DNA of 64,000 nt from Zygnema circumcarinatum SAG 698-1b. Its lineage: Eukaryota; Plantae; Zygnematophyceae. The position numbers were made by a program, and so were the translations under genes. The stretch covers positions 1,612,001-1,676,000 of the forward strand of contig CM074804.1 in the NCBI GenBank assembly GCA_037447605.1. Reading direction: 5' to 3'. The notes under the pieces were generated by a model. The model saw only the letters and a list, made by a program, of their open reading frames with translations, was not told the DNA's origin and searched no databases. Shown piece after piece: positions 31,386 through 52,444 of the stretch (positions within the stretch are counted from its first letter, which is position 1; every line of letters starts with the position of its first letter).

Positions 31386-34300
31386 AATTGAAAATGGAAA
31401 TCGGAAATGTGGAATGTGGAAATCGGTCTTCTATTTTCAACACCCTCCCAAGAGTCTCCCATTACTAACAAAAGCACCACCAAATACTATGATATGTGGC
31501 ACCTCTTAGTTGTTATTGCTGCTGCTACTGATGTTATTGTTATTGCTGTAAACCCAAAATCTTTAAGGTCTTTGAAATACTGAAAGCAAAACAACATAAA
31601 AAACCAAGAGAAATCGGTCTTCACAAGTAATCTAATGCTCTAAAAATGCTTCCATATCCCACTGCTCTCGACTAGGACTAATAGCTACCGCCGATGCTGG
31701 AACACTTTCATCTGCATAGTAAGCATCAAAATCAAAATAAACAGATAAATCAATGAATGGTTGGAGATGTTGCTCTTGTAGAGTGCTAATGTCCTCCTCC
31801 ATAATGGTTTCATCCAGATCATCGGGTAACTCCCCTTCAGCCGTCAAATCCCCCACCTGTACCTCCTCTAAAGTGATGTATCTAGTCAGGCGGCTCTTCC
31901 TTTCTTGAGGTGGATTAAGCTCACTCTTCAAAACTGCAAGCATCTCAAGATTATCCACCGTCATTCTGTTCCTCAAGTTGGTCTTGGTTAGACCCAAAGT
32001 AGAAAAAAGTCGTTCCACATCAGCTGAATGGGGAACCAGGGAAAAAATGATCTTGGCTAACTTGCGGAGTTCAGGAGCCCCGAATATCTTGTCCCAATAT
32101 TCTCGTACTTCAAAGTGTAAGTTTTCTTCAAACTTCTTGTCTCCATTCACATACCCTGAAAACTCCGTTCGAAGACGTGCCATCTCTACTCCAGTGAAAA
32201 TCAACCACCTGTAGCACCACACTACGACAGTATTCCAGATGACTTTGGGAGTGAACTTTTTTGATGTAGCAAATTTCTTGTATTTGGGGTTGAGGAATAA
32301 AGCTAACACAAAAATGGAATCTTTTTCCAAGTATGGACCAGCTCTAACCGAGATTCGTTTAAGCAGATGGTGACGGACTGAAATTAGGGACCCTGGCAAG
32401 TCCAAGTCAATCAATAACTTGTAGAGTCCAAGAAATTCTGCCAGCACCGAGTCCACTGTTGCGTCATATCTCTCTAGACGGGCAATTGCATCACCTATTG
32501 GTCGTAAAACTTGGAGCAACTGCTCGTTCCTTGCGAAGTGCACTGTATCTCCAATAATGTTCTTGATTCGCATATCCACACTAGGATTGTTGTCTTTGCC
32601 TGCCACCTCCAAGCAATATTTGAATCCTTCCGAGAACTCTTGGACACTCTCACATACGAGTACCATAGAATACCAACGTGTCTCACAAAAGGTTGAAAGC
32701 CACCTCTTGATGTTTGCCAATTTCATCCATTTCTTCAGAGTTGAACTCCAAAAGTGAGACCTGCTGAAGAAATTAACTATCGTCTGGTTGGCCTTGAACA
32801 CTTCCTTGACTGAAGACAAACTTGCTATATCCCTGGTCAAGCTATTAAAAGTGTGAAGAATGCAATTGATAGAGACTACACCAGGATTCTCTTCCAAAAA
32901 TCTCCCCCTCAGACATGTCATAACAGTAGGATTATCTGTGACAATAGCACGAACTGACTTTGAAACTGATAGTCCGACTTTAGCTATGACTTTTGATAAA
33001 AGGGTCAAAAGATTGTCCGATGTTGGCCTATTTGTCAGGTGCTCGATACTTAGGATAAGACCCCTACCTTCCCCTGTTAAAGCCATAAATCCAAAAATTT
33101 GATTGCTAGAGACATCGGTCCAACCATCCAATGCTAAAGTAACATTTGTGATCTGGGATATCGTCTCTATTGTCTTTGACCAAGTATCACCATAGGCCCT
33201 AGGAAGAATGGTGTTTGTCAGTGTGCTCCGAGAAGGTAATGTGTATGCAGGGTTTAACTGTTCAAGAAAATCTCTGAAATGCGAGTTTTCTACCACTCGA
33301 AAGGGTAAACCAGAGCTGATGCAGCTATTGAGAAGCCGCATATGGAGACCATCCAATGTGTCTTTACTCATCGGTCGTGGGTAGTAGTCAGTCAAATGAT
33401 GTGATCCACCTGAATTTACATCCGTGACTTCAGAGCGGCTGCGTTTTGGTAGGATTTTGAGTTGACTTTGATTCCCAAGTACACGTGAACGGGCTAACCT
33501 AAGTGCCCTAACGTCCTTCATTTGGCCATTTGGATTGGCTTTTCTCATCAATCTGTAAGCTTCACAGTCTTTTGCAGTCATGCTTTCACACTTTCGTACA
33601 TGAGCTTCAAGGCGGCCTGGTTTCCCGTCCATAGACACATCACATCGACTGCACTTAGCTGCGTAACGATTAGTTGACCCCTCTTTCTTCTTTTGAGAGC
33701 GGAGGAACCCATCCCACGCATTTGAAAAAGCAGACTCCGGTTGCACCCATTCGAGAGGTTCACTACGCAAAGACTGCATAAAGGTTGGTCGACTTTCTTC
33801 TGGTAACGGGCGAGTAGTAGACATCACGGGAGGAGGAGGAGGAAGAGGAAGAAGAGTCTGTGCCCTTCCTACCTTCCTTTTGCTTCCAGACGTGGCAGCT
33901 AATCTCCATCCTTTGTTGTAGCAGCCATGGCAAAAGGGAGGAGGGAGGAGGGAGGAGGCAAGGGGCAGAGTGCAGGAGGCAGGAGGCATGCGAGAGGTAA
34001 GAGGGAGGGAGGAGGCTGGAGGCAAGGAGGCAAGGAGACACGAGGGAGGGATGAGGGAGGAAGAGGCAGGAGGGTTGTAGATGTGGTACCTCCTGCCCGA
34101 GAAGAGGATGCCTCGGACATCCCTCCACGCCTTGGGCTCGGAGACGCCACAATTGCGGAAGCACAAGATCTCACTGACAGCATAAACAGCCCCAAGCAAA
34201 AGAATGAAAGAACAGATCGAAGAACAAGGAGGTACCACATCTACAAGGGTGTGTTAAGCAGGTCGTGAAGACAACAAAATCGAACAGATTTTTGCGTGGT

Positions 34301-34583
34301 ACTATTACTGTACACATAGTTACTGAGTGAGATCAATGCCAAATCATTTTACTGAGTGCTTTTTCTCTCTTTTCTTTTTTGTTAGAAAGAGATAGTTGCG
34401 ATGCGGAACTGAACGCTGTCTTCAATCGTCACCGGCCCGGGCCCGGTCGTACGAGGTAAGCGTCACGTGACAGGGGGCACGGGGGGGCACGAAATATATG
34501 GGGAAATTTTTTGGAGGCGTGCCCCGGGCACGGACGGTCAAAAATGGGGGGGGGCATGCCCGTGCCCCGTGCCCCCAACCCTA
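30924..34583 (-). mobile_element. hAT-superfamily DNA transposon, ~3.66 kb
   Basis: 17-bp perfect TIRs TAGGGTTGGGGGCACGG (30924-30940) / CCGTGCCCCCAACCCTA (34567-34583), GGGCAC/GTGCCC subterminal arrays at both ends, and an internal transposase ORF. No 8-bp TSD found. Confidence 0.9.
31632..33824 (-). CDS. hAT transposase (BED finger + DDE core + hAT C-terminal dimerisation domain), ~730 aa, intronless
   Basis: Likely start MSTTRP at 33824 (the ORF track extends it to 34238). AWDGF...KCSRC...LEAHVRKC (BED), LPFRVVE...F..F...LNPAYTLPSR, LALDGWTD, CILHTFN, CETRWYS, YW...PELRKLAKIIFSLVPHSADVERLFS...RNRM. Confidence 0.95.
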   Translation of the reverse strand: MSTTRPLPEESRPTFMQSLRSEPLEWVQPESAFSNAWDGFLRSQKKKEGSTNRYAAKCSRCDVSMDGKPGRLEAHVRKCESMTAKDCEAYRLMRKANPNGQMKDVRALRLARSRVLGNQSQLKILPKRSRSEVTDVNSGGSHHLTDYYPRPMSKDTLDGLHMRLLNSCISSGLPFRVVENSHFRDFLEQLNPAYTLPSRSTLTNTILPRAYGDTWSKTIETISQITNVTLALDGWTDVSSNQIFGFMALTGEGRGLILSIEHLTNRPTSDNLLTLLSKVIAKVGLSVSKSVRAIVTDNPTVMTCLRGRFLEENPGVVSINCILHTFNSLTRDIASLSSVKEVFKANQTIVNFFSRSHFWSSTLKKWMKLANIKRWLSTFCETRWYSMVLVCESVQEFSEGFKYCLEVAGKDNNPSVDMRIKNIIGDTVHFARNEQLLQVLRPIGDAIARLERYDATVDSVLAEFLGLYKLLIDLDLPGSLISVRHHLLKRISVRAGPYLEKDSIFVLALFLNPKYKKFATSKKFTPKVIWNTVVVWCYRWLIFTGVEMARLRTEFSGYVNGDKKFEENLHFEVREYWDKIFGAPELRKLAKIIFSLVPHSADVERLFSTLGLTKTNLRNRMTVDNLEMLAVLKSELNPPQERKSRLTRYITLEEVQVGDLTAEGELPDDLDETIMEEDISTLQEQHLQPFIDLSVYFDFDAYYADESVPASAVAISPSREQWDMEAFLEH

Positions 34584-35103
34584 CTCCAGCCGCGGCCGGG
34601 GGGGGCGCCCGTACATTCCGTGCTCCATGTGGGAAGTATCCCGAACTGAACTGCGACAGTCGGCTTCGTGGTACATTCGAATATTGTCCGTTTCGGATAC
34701 TTTCGATTTCGATTTTTTCGTCGATACCCACGTATGTGACGTCATACAAAACTGACTGGCGTCATGAAAAGTCATAATCCCGGCAAACAATTGTCATGAC
34801 GTACCGTGGTGACGTCATACAGTTGAACAAGAAAAATGGATATAGCGTTACATGTGTTCCGTAAAATACGCAAATACCGTTCCCAGTCGCCGCCAACGGC
34901 GCCACCACCATCACAGAAACCCTAAAAACCCATAGACTAAAGCCTTGCCCCCCACACGCACTGCCTTCTGCAACTATCACCTCGGAGCAGACCACTCCCT
35001 GAACCCTCCCTCCTCCACTGCATGCATAAAACTTTTAGTTTTTATAAAATTTATGAACATCTGCGACTCTACTTTACATACACACCTTCTTCTTATATTA
35101 ACA

Positions 35104-35169
35104 AGTCAGTCAGTCAGTCAGTCAGTCAGTCAGTCAGTCAGTCAGTCAGTCAGTCAGTCAGTTAGTCAG

Positions 35170-35172
<3 letters not shown>
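35104..35172. repeat. (CAGT)n microsatellite, ~17 units, abutting the VPS2 stop codon
   Basis: agtcagtc... run; its last TCA (35170-35172) is the VPS2 TGA. A shorter copy lies at ~57845-57866. Confidence 0.9.
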
Positions 35173-39665
<4,493 letters not shown>

Positions 39666-40316
39666 AGCTGGGCGGAGCAGATTACAGCACGGAAGAGCGA
39701 GAAGGAGAGAGAGATAAGAAGGAAAGAGGGAGGGGGGAGCGAAAGGGAGCGAGAAGGTGAGGGGGAGGACGACGGATAGGGAGAGAGAGAGGGAGCGGGA
39801 CAGAGTAAGGGGCAGAGAGAGAGGGGAAGGAGGGAGGGAGCGCCAAGGGAGCGAGAGAGGAGGACACAAAAAGTGCAGGAAAGAGCGAGGAAAGCTCTCA
39901 GGAAGGGCAGCAGTTGACCAGGCGATACATCGAGATATATATATCGATAAATCGTATCGAAGGGCCGGAGGCAGCCAGGGCCCGTCAATCCTGAGCCGTC
40001 CGATCACTCAAGCGTGCACAGGAGCCGTCCGATATTAACAGTATCTGACCGTCCGTTCAGAAGTGGAACATCTTAACATTGGAGCCGTCCGATTGATCTT
40101 CCCCCATTGGTGCATCCTTGAGCTGGAGGCCGTGCAGTTTAGGGCTACCTGGCACCACCACCTTTTTCGTTCAAAATCTTTTGTTAGGAACGACGATTTT
40201 CTCTCCCCATTCTCCCCTTTTTCTCATTCTCTCTCTCCCTCCCTATCTCTCTGCAGCTCTCCTCTCCTAAAATGTGATGCGGAGAGCCTGAATCCTTCCA
40301 GCTGCAGACCGCCGCC

Positions 40317-41819
40317 ATGGAAACTCCGGATCCCTGCAAGCACCGCACCTCGTTCGAATACGGAGTGACGAAACTGAGCGCGGACGAATACGAAGCGCAG
40401 CTTCAGCGCATGTCCGCAGCCTTCCAAGCTTCGCTGGAAGCGTCAAAAGCAGCAGCAGCAAAACAAGAAGCGGAGCCTCCAGCTCCTGCAAAGCGCAAGC
40501 CAGGGCGCCCGCGGAAGGTTTATAATTTTGATTCAAGTCCTCCAAATACTCCGGGTTTAAACCCTAATGTGGGACCTCATTTCAACTCAGCCAGCGCTCC
40601 CAGTCTTAATCCTAAACCGAACCCTAATTTTGTTCCTGATCTTAACGCCAGGAGTGCTTCCTCTCTCTCTAACCCTAGTTTTTCCCCAAGCATTCCCCCG
40701 ATTAATCTTCGAATTTCGGATTCCTTCCGAGCATCGCTTGCTGCTGCAAGAGCAGCAGCAGCAGCAGCAGCAGAAGCTGCAGACGAACCTCCGCCCGTAA
40801 AGCGGAAAGTGGGGCGTCCGAGAAAGGTGAAGTCTAGCCCTGCAGCAGCAGAAGCTGTAGTAGAACCTCCGCCTGTAAAGCGGAAGGTGGGGCGTCCGAG
40901 AAAGGCCCAGACTAGCCCTGCAGCTGCCTCTACTCACGTTCCAGACCTTAATGCCAAGAGCATTCCGCAGGTTCAGCAGGCTCACACAGATTTCGAGCCT
41001 ACAAATGTTCCTACTCCTACTCTTAACTTTCTCTTTAACCCTGATTCTCACCCAGATTTCGAGTCTACAAGTGTTCCTAAGCTTCTCCCAGAAGTCAATA
41101 TTGGAGTCCTATATCCGAATCTGAGCTCCTTTCCAAGTGTCACCCATGGAAACGTCAATGCTGTTCCTGATCTAAACCCTACAAATTTGCATCCTAATAC
41201 TAGCCCTAATGCTACCACTAGCCCTAATTATAACCCTGACTTCAATCCCAATGAAATCCCTGACCTGAACTATAAGAGAGTGCATGATCTTACACTCTCC
41301 CCATTGGATAAGCCGAGCGAGAGGAAGATGAAGAGAGGGAAATATACCAATTGGTTCTCTCCGGAGCTCTGGCCCCGCATAGAGAAAGCAGTGATCGAGC
41401 AGGAGTCAATTCCTGCAGCGCTTCAATATCTACGAAAATACTTCAGATATCCGGGGAGCCCGGAGGGACCCTACAGCAGTTTATCGAGGGCGAATCTATA
41501 CCGTTGGTTCGACGAAGAAGGAAAGCTGAGACCTCAATTTCAGAGTTGGTTGAAGGAGGGGAAAGCAATGGTAGAGAGGAAGAAGCATGTGCTGGCGGAT
41601 GAGCCGAATGTTTTGGAAGGACTTGTGGAATTGTTTCGAGGAATGAATGCGAGAGGAGAACCCATTACTGTTACTATTGCGCAGCCTATAATTGTGGGAT
41701 ATTTGAGATTTGCAGCTCCGCATGTTTTCGAGTCGGGGTTTTCGGCAGGGAGAGAGTGGACCAGGCAGTTCCTTCGGCAGCATGTGAAGCTGGAAGGTGG
41801 AAGGGGGTTGGAAGGGTGA
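40317..41819 (+). CDS. AT-hook protein (3 hooks) with a C-terminal pogo/Tc5 (CENP-B-type) DNA-binding-like domain, 500 aa as a single ORF
   Basis: KRKPGRPRK once and KRKVGRPRK twice (the latter from a 78-bp tandem duplication). C-terminus KRGKYTNWFSPELWPRIEKAV...LSRANLYRWF...LVELFRGMNARGEPIT...IIVGYL...GFSAGREWTRQFLRQH. The 3' end may be spliced. Confidence 0.75.
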   Translation: METPDPCKHRTSFEYGVTKLSADEYEAQLQRMSAAFQASLEASKAAAAKQEAEPPAPAKRKPGRPRKVYNFDSSPPNTPGLNPNVGPHFNSASAPSLNPKPNPNFVPDLNARSASSLSNPSFSPSIPPINLRISDSFRASLAAARAAAAAAAEAADEPPPVKRKVGRPRKVKSSPAAAEAVVEPPPVKRKVGRPRKAQTSPAAASTHVPDLNAKSIPQVQQAHTDFEPTNVPTPTLNFLFNPDSHPDFESTSVPKLLPEVNIGVLYPNLSSFPSVTHGNVNAVPDLNPTNLHPNTSPNATTSPNYNPDFNPNEIPDLNYKRVHDLTLSPLDKPSERKMKRGKYTNWFSPELWPRIEKAVIEQESIPAALQYLRKYFRYPGSPEGPYSSLSRANLYRWFDEEGKLRPQFQSWLKEGKAMVERKKHVLADEPNVLEGLVELFRGMNARGEPITVTIAQPIIVGYLRFAAPHVFESGFSAGREWTRQFLRQHVKLEGGRGLEG

Positions 41820-42412
41820 TTGGGAGGAAGGGAGACGAGATGGGTTGTTTAAGTTGTTTGGGTATTTGGGGTGTTTTGGAGGAGAATGGAGGAAAGGGGC
41901 TGAGGTAGTTGGGATGGGTCTCGGATGGGAAGGATGGAGTGGGAGGCGGACTGGGGAGAGTGGAGAAGAGAGTGGAGGGAGTTGGAGACAGGAAGGGGAG
42001 GTAGGCGGGAGAGGGGAGGGAGCAGGAAGAGAGGACAGGACGACCAGACCTGTAGGTAGGTAGTGGTGTCGGCGAAAGGGAGACGATGGGATGAGTGGGG
42101 AGAAAGGAAAAGGGGAGATAGAGGAATAGTGAGAAGTAGCAAGCAGAGGTGGGTACGATGTGAAGGGAGGAGAGGTTTTGGTCCATTTTTCTCGTCTGTG
42201 GAGGAATTCCAGATGGAGAGTGCGTTAGCTGAGTGGTTGCACAGCTCATTGACCCTTCTGCTGAGTACTATGGAAAGCCAACTTTTTGTGATGCGAGGGA
42301 GGCGAACTGCGATATAGGCGATGCGTATCTCCTATTCAGGTGAGACTCTCTCTCTCTCCATTTCTCTCTCCTCCTCCGCTTCTCTCTCTCTCTCTCGCTC
42401 TCTTTCTTCCGC

Positions 42413-42443
<31 letters not shown>

Positions 42444-42497
42444 CATTTCTCTCTCCTCCTCCGCTTCTCTCTCTCTCTCTCGCTCTCTTTCTTCCGC

Positions 42498-42638
<141 letters not shown>

Positions 42639-43851
42639 CTCGCATGTCCACTCACTGCTCTCCTTTATTCCTTTGTCTGTCTTCTATTGGTTTTGCAGCT
42701 TTGTCAAGGCAATGCATCCATGAAGCCAAAGGGCAGTTGACTCTTCTTATCGGCCGCATAGTGACCGACCAGGTCTTGAAGCGAATTTTGGACTGGGTTT
42801 GAGGCTCCCTTTTTCATCGGGCAGGCGAACCCGACCCTCCGGAAGGTCCATCTCTTGTGGAACTTATCTTGGCGCGTGTTGACACGTTACCGGATCAAGT
42901 CGTAGTCGTGTACATTCATCTTCGGAATTTCGTTTAGCATGTTAAAAGGAATAGGAGCATTTTGCGCCACTGCACGAACCTTTTTTGCTGCCATGCAGCC
43001 TTGTACTTTTCTGAGTAGTTCTGATTCTCCATTTAGGATTTTAGGGCTCTCAGGGTTCCTAGAAACTTTAGAGTTGCCTTTTGGAGTTGTACCATTGTAC
43101 ATGAAATCTGGAGAATATCCACGTGTCACATCTCTCTTTCTCTCTCTCTCCCTATTTCTCTCTCTCGCTCCCCTCTCCCCTAACCTCACATGGAATATTC
43201 TCTAGTTGTTACCGTTTTGTTATTTAGTCTCTACAACTTTCTTGCAGATTATTCCAAGTCCCCAAGTAAAAAAACAATTTAAGGAAACAATTGATAAATC
43301 TTGGACTACTTTGCTATAACTTCTTTCCGGCACAATTTTGTCTCAATCCCACCACCAACAAAACCTTTCTCCTTCGGCCTCTCTTTTACAACAAGGGTCT
43401 CCCACTCTCCTCTCCCACTCTTTGCTCTCCCATTCTTTCCCGCTATCTTCTTTCCTCACTCTCCTGCTATTTCTATCCTGCCTCTTCTCTCCCACTACCT
43501 CCCATCCACCGCCTATCCATCACAACACAATAGCTCCAATTTCTACATAGGACCGTGCCCAAAAGCCATACTGTAACAAATTAACACAGAACCGTCAGAG
43601 TGTCAGTGAATGCCCTAACCCTAAATCCCATAAGAATTGACAAGGCTGCGTCACATACCCCCTCTCCCATATGTCCCAAAAAGAAACCAAAAACGAGATG
43701 ACGACTGCGACTGCAATGATCTATGGCAAGTTCCATATGTACGCTATACAGTTTTCCGTTAGACTGACACTTGACCGTTCCACCTTGCGTGCGTTTCTCG
43801 TTCTCTCTCTCTTCCCCCTTCTCTCCCCCTCTCCCTCTATGGAGGAGGATT

Positions 43852-49442
<5,591 letters not shown>

Positions 49443-49618
49443 GGGTTCTCTTTCTCTCCCTCTCTCCCGCCCTTGTGTCACACTGACCTCCCTTTCCCTC
49501 TCTCTTCCCCCCCTTTGAATCAACTTCCTCTCGCTCTCCCTCTCTGCCCCTTGTATCACCCACGTTTCTCTCTTTTCTCGGAACAAAATCAACACATTCT
49601 TTCTTCCAAGTTCTCACA

Positions 49619-49699
<81 letters not shown>

Positions 49700-49843
49700 A
49701 CTTTTTTTTTTCTTCACCAATCCTCCCCGTTAATTTCGCAATGTACCGCGCAATGAAATTAGGGCAACCGCCCCTTCGCGCACTCCCCTCGAGCATTAGT
49801 CCAATTGGCGCCTGAAAAATTCGGACCGCGATTTTTTGTTTAC

Positions 49844-50028
49844 CTGCCCGCTAAGTGTCTGCCCGTTTATAGGCCTGCCCGTTTTATCTGCCCGTTTCTC
49901 TGACCTGCTGCTTTCTTTTACCTGCCCGTTTTTGTCCGCTGCCCGTCTTTAAAGTCTGCGCCTGATTGGTCCTGGCCTGATTCTCGCACTGCCCATTTTC
50001 AAAAGCAGTCAAAATCGTTTCCTGCCCG
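49844..50028 (+). repeat. Same-orientation array of CTGCCCG(TTT)
   Basis: Exact CTGCCCG at 49844, 49859, 49875, 49888, 49922, 49939 and 50022, in the HRD3/SNU13 divergent intergenic region. Confidence 0.8.
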
Positions 50029-50224
50029 CAGTTTCCCCTTGTCCTCAAGAAACGTTCTTTTCGACTTTGATCCAATTTTTTTCTCTCATACATTCTACAT
50101 TTCTGGTCCCCAAGGGCCTAAAAAAAGCTCGGAAGGCTCTGAACCCCTCGATTTGTCGAATTTCATTTTTATCGAAAATTCGCGAGTGCAACTTCCGGTT
50201 TGCAACTTTGGAACTAGGTTTTTT

Positions 50225-50308
50225 ACACGTGGCGGGCTACTATTGGACGTTTTATACACGTGGCAAATCGTTATTCGACGCGTTGGACACGTGACGAGTT
50301 CCCATTGG
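50225..50308 (-). promoter_or_regulatory. ERSE-I-like element plus two ACACGTGGC G-box/ABRE motifs in the HRD3/SNU13 divergent promoter
   Basis: Minus strand 50308-50290 reads CCAAT-GGGAACTCGT-CACG (CCAAT-N10-CACG). ACACGTGGC occurs at ~50226 and ~50256. Confidence 0.55.
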
Positions 50309-50514
50309 CCCATACCTGCCTTCGGAAAAAAGTTCCAGTGAAGAATGCAGGGCCTCTCCAGTCCAGAGCCGCCCCAGCGCCGCCTTCAGCCATTTCGCGG
50401 AATTTTTGCTTCTGAATTCTTTTTTTTTCCTGTCGAATTTTTTGTTTCTTTCGCCCTTTTCCGTATTGAGGGCCGGAGAGAAGCAACCCCGGGCAACGCA
50501 GCCAGTGATTAGCC

Positions 50515-52444
<1,930 letters not shown>

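Noticed and set aside
33825-34238. N-terminal 138 codons of the 868-aa ORF-track transposase
   Set aside because: Low-complexity CCT-rich sequence that is open by composition; recognisable protein starts near MSTTRP at 33824.
42800-42802. In-frame TGA as a possible selenocysteine codon
   Set aside because: No redox motif, no recognisable selenoprotein family and no SECIS identified.
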